A stretch of 64,000 nucleotides of DNA. Source: Malacoraja senta. Lineage: Eukaryota. The first letter of the stretch is position 1, and every line of letters starts with the position of its first letter. The stretch covers positions 8,930,001-8,994,000 of the forward strand of contig CM075997.1 of NCBI GenBank assembly GCA_038087875.1. Direction: 5' to 3'. The position numbers and the translations under genes are program-made. Positions 48,124 to 61,776 of the stretch are shown in pieces. The notes beneath the pieces are model-generated. The model was given only the letters and a program-made list of their open reading frames with translations. It made no database searches and was not told the DNA's origin.

Positions 48124-51100
48124 AACATACCACCCCAATGTAGCGAAAAAGCATCCACCGCTACTGCTCCAGGATCAGGTTCCCATGACACATACTTAGG
48201 CAACTGGTGGTTCAATCTTGATGCAAACAGATCAATTTCTGGCATTCCAAATTGTGTGATAATTTGTGTGAATATTTTCCGACTTAACATCCATTCTGTA
48301 TTATCATTAAATGTACGTGATCTTTTGTCTGCAATTGTATTGATTTTTACCTGGTAAATATATTGCTGAGCCAAATTTTTCTGGCAATACCCCAGGTCCA
48401 AATTTCATTTGCCAATTTATCACATGATTCTGATTTTATACCACCCATGTGATTTATGTATGCTACAGCTGTAGTATTGTCAACCTGTACCTGAAAATGC
48501 ACATTTCCCATATCAGTGCAATAAGCTCTAAGGCCGTAAAATGCGCCTGATAGCCCTAGGTAATTGATTCCCAGATTTTCCAGCAAAGGTACTTCATTCA
48601 CATTCCACCTACCTCCACAGCTGGAAATCATGTTAGTAGCGCCCCAACTCAGCGCACTTACATCAGTCTGTAGAGTGACGGAAGGTGTTTCTACCAGAAC
48701 TTTTCTGGAAGGATTAGAAACATTGTTAATCCACCATTCTATTTCTGTAATGGATTGAATTGTTAATTTCATGGGCCTGTCAAAATGCCCTCTATTCATT
48801 TTTAACGCTTGTACCTTAGCTCTCTGTAAACATTGCTAATGCAATGGTCCAAACGTGACCGCTTAAAAACCCTGCAATTAATTTGCCTAGCAAGCTTGCC
48901 ACTTCTCTAATTGAGTTTTGAGTTAATGAGTTTTATGCAACCTTCAATTAACTGCAGCTTTTTATCTTTTGGCAAAGTGATTACCATGTGTTCGGAGTTA
49001 ATTGTGACCCCCAGGTAATCAATGTTTTTGCTTGGTAACAATTTAGATTTTTGTAGGTGAATAATGAAACCTAATTTCTCAAAATGTATTTGACTCTGGA
49101 TACTGACAATTTTGCAGCAGCCAAAGTCTCCCCTACAATGAGGATATCATGTAAATAAGCCATTAATACATGGCCCTCAGCTCTTAACAGCTAAAATTGG
49201 TTTGAGCAATTTAGTGAATAATCTTGGTGCTGAAGTCAGACCATTGGGCAATGCTAAGATTTGTCAGATCCAATATGATTCTATATCCACCATCCTTTTT
49301 TGTTCTTGGGAAAATATTTGATACAAACTGATGGTGTTGTTCTACTGACTTCTCTATTACCCCCTTTTTGGTTAAAGTTTCTAATTCTCCTTTGATCAAC
49401 TTATTCTCTTCTTTTGAGAAAATTCGTGACCAGTTTGAATTTTCTTGCCTTGGAGGATCCAAATGTGGATAGAACTCAATTTTGAATCCTACAATGCTGT
49501 TTAGAATAAATAAATAATTTGTCTTCCTTACCAGACCAGGACCCCCTACCTCGGGGTTTGCCACCGGCCATTGTTGTCCCCTTCTGGTAGGCATATTTTA
49601 ACCTCCACGTATCCCCGGTGCAGCACGCCAACGTGTATACGAGAATGATCGACTTGTTCCTTCTCCAGCACCAGCATTCCGCCTGTAGGGATACTGCCTT
49701 CGCACTGCTCTGCTCAGCATTGGTGGTCGCATCATCATACCAATCAGGTTTTTTTGTTTTTTTAACTCTCCAAACAGCAGATTTAGGCATTTGTATGTTG
49801 GTTGGTTTGCAGAGCCCTGCATACTTAGGGTGAATATTTGGTCTTATTGCATTTTTACGAATACAATTTATTTCAAAGTGCGCACCACACATCAGTGCTA
49901 AAGCATCTTGTTGTGAATCTGATACAAAATCATCATCCAATCCTCTGGCAAATGCCGTGATGCCTGACCCCAGCAATTTCAATACATGTTGCAATTTCAA
50001 TTCTTGTGAGCGTAAACCAATGCTCAAATACCCCATATCAAGTTATTCACTGCTGGAACTGTCAGCAATTCACAATTCTCCGAGGCTCATACTGTTTCAT
50101 AGTCTCATCCACAGTTACTTCCTGTGCTGATGGGAGAGTAGATAATTTATAGTCATTGCTATTTCATCCCTCAAAGTTTCCCCTTTTATTCTAGGAACAG
50201 CAAACTTTTGTGCTAGTCCAGGAACTTTCAGTTCTGATAATGGGCTCTCATCCTCATAGAATTCATCTTCTGAATCTAGATGTTCCTCTTCAGGTTGGGT
50301 AAATTCTGGCTCCCCTGTTTCAGGTAAGTCTATGCCAGATTCCCCCTGCGCGGGCTCTCTTATAGGCCCACGGATAGGCCGCCCTGTTTCAGGTGCTGCT
50401 GGCGCTGGCTCAACTCTAGGCCAACGCTTCTTATTTTTCCCTTTTAGGAACTTTCGGTGCTGGCACATAAGTACGTATGTACTGTCTTTTTTGAGACTTT
50501 TCTGGTACTGGCTCTTCAGTAGGCCAGCACATATACTGCCTTTTTTCAGGCATTTCTGGCACTGGCTCTCCTGTAGGCCAACCACTGTAATAACTTTGCA
50601 CAGTCATTTCTGATGGCTCTCCTGTATGCCACCCTTGTGCCTGTCCCAACCAAGGCACACCCTGTGCTGTATCCTCCATTGGCCAACACCGACCTGATTC
50701 CTCCTGTGGGGTTCTTTATAAATCATTCCCCATCAGGAGGTCTAAACTGGCGACCCTTGCAGCCATAACGTTTTCTGCTGTAGGCGGGTATACCTCCGGG
50801 TCTGACTCATCCGAGTCTACAGGTCGGGCCGACTTTTGTCCTGCCTTGCGCCCCGCCGCCAGCGGTTTAACGACACATTCGACCGTAACAGGAGTTGATG
50901 GCTTCGATGCCACTGCCTCCTCTTCCTGACGCCCGCTACCCTTAGCATCGGGGGTTTTACCCGCGGTGCGTCCCTGGCCTCTCCTTCCCCTACGCCCTTT
51001 CTCCATTCTGAGTGTGTGTGGACCTCTGCCAACACGTCTGAGCGGGAAGAAAAGCGCCCTGTAAGTAAAAACGAAACCACTAACCTTGTCCGATTTTTAC

Positions 51101-51246
51101 TTTAAATTTGCTTTACTCGCCGCCTGGAGGAGCTGCTGCTCCTCCACACACGGTCATGAACGCTATGCGTCTGATCGATAATGACGCGTGTGCGGCTGGA
51201 CGGGGTCTTCTTCACGTAGTCACTCACGTGACTCCGAAGTAAAATA
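48124..51246 (-). mobile_element. DIRS retrotransposon C (left ITR, gag, RT, RNase H, partial methyltransferase), 3'-truncated
   Basis: Left end TATTTTACTTCGGAGTCACGTGAGTGACTACGTGAAG; RTKKDGGYRIILDL, VDNTTAVAYINHMGG, DLFASRLNHQ. Confidence 0.9.
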
Positions 51247-51716
51247 AATAATTTTCCCCATGAGGAATTCTAAACTGGCGACCCGAGCAGCCATAACGTC
51301 TGCCTGAGGCGGGGTAAGCTCCGGGTCTGACTCCTCAGAGTCTAATGGCCTCACGGACTTTTGCTCGGCCTTGCGCCCTAATGGCGCTGCAACGATACTT
51401 TCTTCTACCGCATCTGGAGTTGATGGCCTCGCTGCCACCGACTCCTCAAAACTCTTCTTGAGTTTTACCTGCGGTACGCCTCCTCCCTTTACGCCCTCTC
51501 TCCATACTAACTTGTGTGTCTTACAACTACAAGTCTCTTCGAGGAAGGCGACCTAAAAGCGAATGTGAAACCACTTACCTTCAGGCTTTTTAAACTTACC
51601 GCTTGGAGGAGCAGAGTCCACACATGGTCGCTGCGCTATGCATCTGAAGATATGACGCGTGTGCGGCTGGACGGAATCTTCTTCACGTAGTCACTCACGT
51701 GACTCCGAAGTAAAAT
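51247..51716 (-). mobile_element. DIRS 5' fragment D (left ITR and start of gag)
   Basis: Same terminal sequence as C; gag DSEESDPE..MAARVASLEFLMG homologous to C. Confidence 0.85.
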
Positions 51717-53932
51717 TCCTATTCTTTCCCAATGGGTAAACTTTTTAACAATAATAAATGGTTTACATGAGGGATTATTAACTATTGGAGAGATGCGATA
51801 GATTTCTCAATTTGAGGGTTAATTTTATTTGTTTCCAAATTCGTATTGTACTATGAATTATTTGATTTTTCTTATATATTGTATTATTCACTTTTATCGG
51901 GGAGAAAAGGATCGCTCCTATGTTAAAAGGAGAACAATCCTCTTTCTCCATTGTTATCCAGTCTACTTGTTGGGCAGACTTGTCCAACCAGTGAATTACA
52001 CTTTTGATGTTCACTGCCCAATAATAGTACAGAAAAGTACATAGAAGTTTACACAGGTGTCTTCTTTGAATTCTATGTGATTTATAGTCCCATATGAAAT
52101 TTGTGATATCAGTCGAGTTTTTAAAATATTTTTTTATGTAAGTATACTGGTATTGTTTGAAATAAATACAAAATGTGTGGTAGAAAAATCATTTTATAGC
52201 ATTTATTCTGCCTATTAAAGACATCGGAAATGTTTTCCAAAATTTAATCAACGCATTTAATTTAGTTAGTAAGGGCAAATAGTTTGCATTAAATCAAGAT
52301 TTATATTTTCTGGTAATTTGAATACCCAAATATTTAAATGTTTCTGTTGCAATTCTAAAGGGGAATTTTAAATGGTGTGTCGGCTCTTGAGGTTTTATCG
52401 TCATAATTTCGCTTTTATTCCAATTTATTCTATATCCTGAAAAGGAACCAAATTCCTCTATTAAATTTAATATGTTTGGTATGCTGATTTGCGATTTTGT
52501 AATGTATAATAATACGTCATCTGCATGTAATTAAATGTTATTGTTTGAGTATTTGGTATTATAACCATGGATATTCGGATGCGTTCATATACTTTCTGCT
52601 AGGGGCTCTATCACAAGAGCAAATAGCAGGGGCGATAATTGCCTATTGCCCCTGGATAGTTGAAACTTCGAAGATAGTATGTTATTGGTCAGTATTCTAG
52701 CAGTCGGTTTGTCATATAATAATTTTACCCATGAGATAAAATTCTCTCCCGTTTGAAATTTTTGCAATACTTTAAAGAGGTATTGCCATTCCACTTGGTC
52801 AAATGCTTTTTCTGCATCCAATGAAATAATTGATAAGTCTTCTTCTTCAATTTTATGTGAGTGCATTATATTAAACAAACGTCTCAAATTGTTAAATTAA
52901 TATCTCTTGGGTATAAACCCCGTTTGATCCGCGTTTATTAATTTACTAACATATTTACCCAACCTTCTCGCTGAGGTCTTCGCTAATATTTTCTGATCTG
53001 TATTTAACAGTGCAATGGCTCTATATGAACCAGGGTCTTCTAGATCTTTATATTTTTTAGGTGCAAGTGTATTAGTTGATTCGGCTAGTGTTTCTGGTAA
53101 TGTCTGTTCTTTAAAAGCGTGTGTGTACAGTTTTTGTAAGCGTGTTCAGATTATCCGTAAAATCTTTTATAGAATTCATTACTAAATCCGGTCCTGACGT
53201 TTTACCGTTCTTCAACGAATTTATTGCCTCTCCTATTTCTTTAACTGAGACCTGAGCTCCTCATTACTCTTGTTCCAACAGATTAAGTTTTGGGAGATTA
53301 CAATTGTCCAAAAAAATTATGATTTAAGTGTTATCTGCTGAAGTTTTGGATGTATATAAGTTTTGATAAAATTGAGCAAATGTTCTATTAATGTCTTTAT
53401 GTAATATTTACAATTCACCTTTAACTGATTTAATTTTGGTAATCGAATTTTCCTTTTCTGTTTTTTCAGTTGACGTGCTAGAAGTTTATTTGGTTTATCG
53501 CCGAATTCGAAATTTTCCTGTTTTGTAATTTGAAATAATCGTATTACTCTTGCAGATAAAATGTTGTTTAATTTATATTTCAATATTCTTATTTTATTTT
53601 GTTTGTCTTTGGCTGGGTCTTTAGCATTATCTAGATCTAATTGTCTAACTTGTTCTTTTAGCTGTAATTGTTCAGTATTGTTCTTTTTATTTTTGAAAAG
53701 CTTGATATGAAATTATAGCTCCTCTGATAAATGCCTTAAAAGCTTCCCATAATAAAGAGGGAGAAATACCTGGAGTGTCGTTAGTTTCAAAAAAAGTTAC
53801 ATCTGTTGTTTTAGGCATGTACAGCCCTGTGGGTTGTTTAAAATTTGGGGGTTAAACCTCCAAAACGATTTTTTATTAGACATTCCTTCTAGTTTTAAGA
53901 AAAAAGTTAACGGGGAGTGATCAGAAATCATG

Positions 53933-56900
53933 CTATTTTACTTCGGAGTCACGTAAGTGACTACGTGAAGAACCCGTCCAGCACGCATGCGCGACATTAG
54001 CGTTCACGCAGTGCAACAGCGACGAACGGGAGTACAGGCGCTCCCGCTACAAGTTTAAACGGTCCATCAGGTAAGTACTTACTCTGAGGCCGTATTCAAG
54101 AACCTTTGCTCTGCTTTGTCAATTCCATGCAAGAAGCTGGGGAACCTGAGCAAAGCACGGCAAGGGAAAAAGACCACACCCCGTTCGACTCCAACAGAAC
54201 GGGAGTGTCCCATCAGTGGGGGGCGAGAGGCGGCACCTGGACCGCACATGCTGCGGCACACCGTCATTGAGACCGAGCCGAGCCCAGTACCGCTAGCACA
54301 GCCTGACCAACAGCAGCGGACTGGAGGCAAATCAAGAAAAAAACTGACCGGCCGGTTATTTCTGACTCCAATGAGGAGGACTCTCCGCCTTAGAGCGGCA
54401 GAGTTAAGGCTCTGTCTTACCTGTTTGCGGTCATCGGCGGTGAAGCGCGGTGTCGCCGGTAGCGAGGACCGCGCGGCAACAGCGAGAGCGTCGAGCCTAT
54501 CCACCGGAGCGCCGCACGGATGTTGCGCGGGGGCCGAGTTAATTCAAACACGGCGGGTCCCACGTGCTTGCGGTAAGTAAAAAAAAGGGCGGGCCGACTG
54601 CGATGACGTCGGCCCGCCGCACGTGACTCACCCGCGGCGGCTGTGGCGGCGGCCATCCTGATCGCGGCGCTGTAGCGGTGGCTGTGACTGCGGCCGCGCA
54701 GCACACGTGCCTCACTGGCGGCGGCACGTGCGTCACTGGCGGAGGCTGTGGCAGAGGAGGTTTGACGCACGGCGCTCGACCCACACTGGCGGCGGCCCGT
54801 GCGAGCGGCCGTGCGCACTCGTGCATCACTGGTGGAGGTTGTGCGGTGAGTATAGTGTTTTGGACATTGTCGTTTTTATTTTAGCACCGCGCGGTGTTGG
54901 AAACACCGCCGCACGGCCCGGGAATTGTACTTTCTCACGAGTGCGCGGTCTATGGCGGCAGATTCCTCCCGTTTCGCCGCCATAGACCGCAGACTCGTGA
55001 GACAGGCCTTTTAGCCGCCTGAGCCGCATGGAAAGGCTCATGGAGCAAATGCTCCAGCGAGACTTGCTTCGGAAGCTGGAGCAGTCTCCCCAAGGGAACT
55101 CAGGCACTCCCACATCAGTGCTCTACAATGCACTGGCCATCGCTTCCCACTCAGCCGAGGACAGCGTTGGCGACCAGGGCTGGGCTGGTCAGGAACAGGG
55201 GTCATTGGCTGAAGATGTCGGGAGTACGCTTGGGGTACAGGATCAGGAAGAGCTGCTGGGTGTGGTGAATAGCTACGTGGTTACACCACGAGCAGGGCGG
55301 TCGTTGCAGGCAAAACTGGCGGCCAGCATTAACCACCTGTCCCTCAAACCCCTATAAGAAGAGAAATCTGGGGGTATGTTGGACAGAGTATCCGGAAACA
55401 GGAGCTAAAATTACACGTATCCTCAAGCTCCTGACGACAAGGATAACATCCTATGCTCGTTCCGTGGATGCGGTGGATGACCAGCAACCAGCAAGACACT
55501 CTGGCTCTGCTGTGCAACACTCAATATGAGATAAACAACCCCCGCAAGGAGAGAATAAGACCTGCCCTCAATCCCAAATATGCAGGACTGTGTACAACAC
55601 CGGCCTCAGAGCCGCAGATCCTGTTATTTAGAACGGACTTGACAAGTGAAAGACCTGGAGGAAGAGTCCAATGCATTTGGCCTCATGAGGGCAGGCCCCG
55701 GATCGAGCAGACCCACACAAGCCAGACGGCAGTACCCCACCGGCCTTGGCAACATTGAGAAAACAGAGACATATTGTCATGGCATAACTTGATGATATTC
55801 TAATAGTAGGCAAAACCATGGAGTTGGCTAAATTAGCTGTATTAGCTACCAAACAATTGTTTGAAACCCTGGGATTTGTCATACATCCAGATAAATCTAA
55901 GTTGACGCCATCCACAACTATGGACTATTTGGGATTCACGATTAACTCAGTCCACATGTCCGTAACGTTGCCAAAAGATAAAGCAGCAGAATTGGCACAG
56001 ACGTGTAACAATTTAATGGTTAGCAATCGACCAACCATCCGAAAAGTGGCAAGAGTAATTGGCAAAACGGTAGCAGCATTTCCAGCTGCACAATATGGAC
56101 CCTGCACTATCAAAACCTACAAAGGGCAAAAGTACAGGCATTAAAAGGACATGCAGGTCACTTTGACCGGACAATGAAATTACCCATTGAAGCTATATCA
56201 GAGTTCCAGTGGTGGATAGAGCACATTTGGCATAGTTCCAGCCCTATCATCATCAATAACCGAACATTAACTAAACAAACAGATGCCAGTGCTCAAGGCT
56301 GGGGAGCAACTAATACCATATCCAGCACAGGTGGTAGATGGACTAACCTAGAATCATCTTTGCTACAAACACTGGGCATAAATTATTTGGAAATGTTGGG
56401 TGCGTTTTATGGTTTAAAAGCATATTCTACAAATATGCACCATTTGCATGTTCGTTACAAATTGATAATACCACGGTGGTGGCCTATGTTAAACTATTTG
56501 GGCGGATAAAATCGATATCGTGTGACAATTTGGTCAACAATATCTGGCAATGGTGTGTCGATAGACATATTTGGCTATCAGCAACTTACCTACCAGGTAA
56601 GCTAAATACAGTGGCAGACACCAGGTCACGCAAATTCAATGATAAACACCGAATGGATGTTAAATCCTAGAGCTTTTGCTAAAATTACAAAGCAATATGG
56701 CACACCAGATATCGATCTCTTTGCATCCAGACTAAATCATCAGGTACCAATGTATGTCGTTTGGGAACCAGACCTGAGGCAGCAGCGATAGATGCATTTG
56801 CGCTGAACTGGGAAAACTATTTATTTTATGCTTTTCCCCCTTCTGCCTCATCAGTAGGGTACTACGCAAAATACAGATGGACTCTGCTTCAGGTATTTTG

Positions 56901-58531
56901 ATAGTACCAACTGGCCTACACAGCCATGGTTCCCAGTGGTCCTCGACATGGTCATCGAAACTCCTATGACCTTTCCCAGTAGGGCAGACCTATTCACGCA
57001 CCCGGTATCAGGCATAAGTATCCATGCCATGACAAAATTAACCTACTGGGTTGCAGATTATCAAAAGACCACTGCTGGGCCTGGGATTGTCTGACAGGAC
57101 CATCAACACGATGACAGCGTACCACCGTATGTCCAACAGGAAACAATACCTATCGAGCATCAGGAAGTGGGAAAGATACTGCTCGACTACTGGGACAAAA
57201 TACTCATCTGCAACGATAACCAATGTACTGGAGTTCCTGGGGGGGCCTTCACCATATTGAAGGACTGAGCCACAGCGCCATCTATACTGCCAGAAGTGCT
57301 CTGTCAGTCTACTTAAAACAAGTACCAGCACAATAGGGTCTCACCCGCTGGTGATCAAACTCATGAGGGGTATATTCAACTCCAAGCCCCCTAGACCTAG
57401 GTACACCCAAATCTGGTATATCAGTGTGGTCCTGACATACCTAAGGGGATGGTCACCAGCCAGGTCTCTCACCCTGGAACAGCTAACCCTGAAAACGGTC
57501 ATGCTGATGGCACTAGTCTCAGCACAAAGAGTCCAGTCCCCCCACTTACTGCGACTGGACAACATGGTTATAACACCAGACCGGGTCTCATTCACCAATC
57601 AGGAGTTGCTAAAGCAGAGCAGGCCAGGAATTTCAGGCCTAGTTATGGATTTCCGGGCATACCCACCTGACCCACGGATCTGTGTCATGACTCACCTACT
57701 CACTTACATCAACACAACAAGAGATTCCCGAGGGAGAGAAAAAGCCTTATGGGTCAGCCACAAGAAACCTCATGGTCGGGTGTCAAGCCAAACCATCTCA
57801 AGATGGCTCAAGCAGGTACTGGGAGCTGCTGGAGTAGATACTGATGTATATACATCTCACTCCTCCAGGGCAGCATCCACATCGGCGGCTAAAAGGATGG
57901 ACGTACCACTGGACCACATCCTGGCTACAGCGGGGTGGTCCATGGAGAAAACGTTCCAAACGTTCTACAACAAGCCGCTAGCAGAACCTGTGTTATTTGC
58001 AGAAAGAGTTTAGAATCTGCAAATATATATTTTAAGCCCGGGGGAGCATTTTGTCTTTTGTTATTGTTTAATAGAAACCATTATGATTTACAAACAGATT
58101 CATGGTTGATTACGATAACATACTTCCTCCCTTGAAGGACTTCGGCAGCGAGTGAAGTATGAACTGTTACACGGTTTGAAATCACAGAGCTTTAAAATCG
58201 TCACGTAGTCACTCACGTGACTCCGAAGTAAAATAGTAAGATTAAACGAGAACTTACCAGTTTGAAGTTTGATCTGTATTTTATGAGGAGATACGATGAG
58301 GGATTACGTGCCCTCCGCTCCCACCCTCAATTATAGAGATCAACTGGTATCTTAGTTCTCCTTTTCTTTACTATGTTTATTTCAATTCTTGTTTCCTGTG
58401 ATTCCACACCGCTGCTTTGAAGTATGTCGCGCATGCGTGCTGGACAGGTTCTTCACGTAATCCCTCATCGTAACTCCTCATAAAATACAGATCAAACTTC
58501 AAACTGGTAAGTTCTCGTTTAATCTTACTAT
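53933..58531 (+). mobile_element. DIRS retrotransposon B, both termini present, internally deleted
   Basis: Left ITR ~53933-53997; right ITR and extension ~58425-58531; ICR 58201-58310; CTAT at both ends; gag fused to mid-RT at ~55739; recombinase ends at 58013. Confidence 0.94.
54407..55010. mobile_element. GC-rich Harbinger-type MITE inserted in DIRS-B gag
   Basis: Imperfect TIRs AGGCTCTGTCTTAC..TGCGGTC / AAGGCCTGTCTCAC..TGCGGTC; TTA at 54404-54406 and 55011-55013; removal restores the frame SGRVSRLSRMERL. Confidence 0.75.
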
Positions 58532-59787
58532 TATGATATTTAGGATTAATTGTATACGGAATTACTTTCGTATCCACTAAAAAATAGTCGATACGTGAAT
58601 AAGTTGTATGTACCGTTGAGTAAAAGGAGTATTTCCTTCCAACTGGATTAGCAATCCTCCATACGTTATAGTTGTGTTTTTTATGTATGTGTTTTGGAGT
58701 TCACTGGCTTTAGATTTTATATTAATCCTCTTTTCTTGTGCAGATTTATCCAGGTATGGATCTAAAACGCAATTTAACTCTCCCCCAATTATCACATTTT
58801 GATAATTAAACTGAAATTATATCCAAGATTTTATTGAAGAATTGAGGATTATCAAAGTTAGGAGCATAAATATTTACCAAAGTAAGTGGGGTAGAATTAT
58901 GTCATAATCTCTGTGGTGATTATGACATACCTCCCCTCTTTATCTGATATACTATTCTTTGATTTAAATGGTATGCCTTTACGAATAATAATTGCCGTGC
59001 CTCTAGGTTTAAAGATATATGAAGAGTAATATGTTTGACCAATCCAATTTGCCTTCAGTCTGGTCTGAGCTTGACGTTTCAAGTGTGTTTCCTGTAAGAA
59101 AATTATGTCAGCATTGAGTGATTTTAATTTGGCGAAAATCTTAACCCTTTTAATTGGCTCATTAGCGCCCCTTATATTCCAGCTACAAAACGTGATTCCT
59201 CCAGTTTTCTTTTTGTTTATCGTCTTGCATTTTAAATCATTTGGATATTTTTAAGTCATATGGTGCAACACAGTACCTCAGACTTCTAGGTGTTGGGTGG
59301 GTATCCGCGGCTATTAGGTTCTGTTGGTGTATCCCTTTCAAAATTACCCTTAAAAAAGACAGAAAAGTGTAACGTGACATAGAAATAAAAAAGAGTGATA
59401 TTACAGCATCTGATAATAGCGATCCTTTAAAAAAACTAATGGTGGTATCTACGTATTTTAGAATTTCCGTAGATGTTAATTTACATTAAGCTCCGCTCCC
59501 TTAACCAAAAATTGTAAGAGGGTCCAGTTCAAGGCCAAGTATTATATAGAGAAATTTCGAACTTGTATCTCTCATTAAATCTTCGGATAAACTAGCATTT
59601 ACTATATAATAATAAGTATTACGTTTTACTTCACAATCAGATCCCAGTATCTAATAGTAGTGCCCAGCTGGTTGGAAGGGGTTAATCGGAATCAGATTCT
59701 TGGCTATATGCCAAGTGTCTGAGTCGCTTCCCCTCCCTTTACGCATAACTGGGACATTACCTTCCCGAATCTGTTATATATGTTTTA

Positions 59788-60824
59788 GCAATGTTACAAA
59801 ATTTTGAGATTTTACAAAATAAAGTCTGCAATTTATCCCATCAGATAAAGCATAAAAGAAGTTTAATTTGACACTTAATTCACTTTCATATCTTCAGTAT
59901 TAAAAAAGTTATGGCCATTATCATACTCAGAAATTAGCATCTAGTTCCCTATTGCTTTTCCATTCACTTAACACAAAAGCTGTGATCGAGGACAGTTAAA
60001 AGCCCATAACTTTCTTAAAAATTATGATAACTGAAAGAAATTTTCAGTTATTATAGATTGAAGCATTCTGAAACAAATATGAAACAATCTTACTTCGAAG
60101 ACAAGAAAGTAAAGCATATAATTAGTTAGTTACCTAATTGTAGCTAATTACAAAATTCAATTACTAGATCTAAACATCTATCAATTTCTTAAGAATAGAT
60201 TAACATTTTTTAATAGCCTAAGTGTCCAAATAACATTCACACAATAATTCACAATATAACATAATTTTTAAATCTAATTTTCATGAATTTACAGGCCAAA
60301 TGGAAGGAATTGAATGTTTAATACCTGTAAATTAATGGGCATTTAATTCATCTTGTGAGTGAGGATTTCTGGAACGCGATCTTTTGGAACGTTCATTTGC
60401 GGTGAACTTAACCCCGTATTGGCATGAAAAATACTGCCGTTAATTCGGGGAATAAAATCACCGTGTCGCATGTAAAAATGTGAATTAAAGGCCTCTTAAG
60501 GAGAACGTTTATACATTAAAATAAAGCACTTTCGTTTACCTTTCCCTTGTGTGAAATCCGTCCCCGTTGTTGGCGTTGACGCTTCAGAAGATGATTTTTA
60601 AATGATTCCAACGCTGGACTTGTTGGGAGATTTTTAAAACAAACTACGCAAAACGGCACTCGGAACGCTTCTTCCACAGAGGCTGGTACTCCAACAAAGT
60701 ATAATTCAGGACAAGGGAGGAGAAACCCGCCCTTTAACCCCGCCCCCCCTTAAAGGCGCCAAAATCGCGCACACGGCCAGTGACAGAATTACAGCGCCGC
60801 TGAAGGCAAGTATTGTAACATACC
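59788..60824. mobile_element. Non-autonomous TIR DNA transposon, superfamily unresolved
   Basis: Absent from copy A at ~43200; TIRs GCAATGTTACAA / TTGTAACATACC; flanking direct repeat TATATGTTTTA at 59777-59787 and 60825-60835. Confidence 0.85.
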
Positions 60825-61412
60825 TATATGTTTTAATTTATTAGTATTATGTTAACATATATCAATATATTTAACTCATCCTCCTAAATCTAAAATTCAT
60901 TTACAGTTTTGAAACCGTTAAGAAGAAAGAAAAAGCATCCCCCCTCCCTCCCCGGAGAGGTTAGTCATTATTTAGTTATACTAATTCATATTATATTCCT
61001 ATTGCTAAGTTAATTCAATTAGCTAAATATTAGTATAAGATTTTAAAAATCTTTTAAATTATAATTTTTTATTATCAAGTCCATTTGTATTGTTTTTTCC
61101 CTGTAGCACGGCTCCAGTTTGTTTATGTCTTTCATTCGGAGAAAAAACAGTTCGTCCTTGGGTTAGCATTCCGAAGAAGATAAGGTGTCTAGACATCGCC
61201 TCATGTCCCATTCCACCATCTTAAAGAGAGCATTTGTAATTTATTTTATTAAAAAGTCATCTTTTCAGCTTCTCCTCTGCCGGTATTTTTAAAGAACCAG
61301 TCCTGATAGTCGTGCTGTTTAACTTATCTGTTATTCTCGTTTACAATATCTTGTGCATGTTTATATGCCTCTTCTGGATCAGTAAACGCACGTTCCACAC
61401 ATTAATATGTGA

Positions 61413-61776
61413 CGGGACGACAGATGGCGCAATGGGCTAAGTGTTCGGCTGGCAACCGGAAGATAGCCGGTTCGAATCCCGCTTGGAGTGCATACTGTCG
61501 TTGTGTCCTTGGGCAAGACACTTCACCCACCTTTGCCTGCGTGTGAATGTGTGTGAATGTGTGTGAATGTGTGTGAGTGATTGGTGGTGGTCGGAGGGGC
61601 CGTAGGCGCAGATTAGCAGCCACGCTTCCGTCAGTCTGCCCCAGGGCAGCTGTGGCTACAGAAGTAGCTCACCACCACCGAGTGTGACTGCGGAGTGAAT
61701 GAATAATGCGATGTAAAGCGCCTTGAGTATTAGAAAGGCGCTATATAAATCCCATCCATTATTATTATTATTATTA
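61413..61776 (+). mobile_element. tRNA-derived CORE-type SINE with L2-like 3' tail
   Basis: A box TGGCGCAATGG 61425-61435; B box GGTTCGAATCC 61469-61479; GTGTCCTTGGGCAAGACACTT; TGTAAAGCGCCTTGAG..AAAGGCGCTATATAAAT then (ATT)n; absent from copy A at ~43769. Confidence 0.9.

Noticed and set aside
54079..54985. Cluster of overlapping GC-rich ORFs
   Set aside because: Expected from stop-poor GC-rich MITE and gag sequence; no recognisable domain
41618..58531. Recurring CACGTAGTCACTCACGTGACTCCGAAG as a CRISPR-like repeat
   Set aside because: These are DIRS termini and ICRs; no regular repeat-spacer array
61413..61490. tRNA gene
   Set aside because: Continues into CORE-like and LINE-tail sequence and is a copy-specific insertion, so it is a SINE
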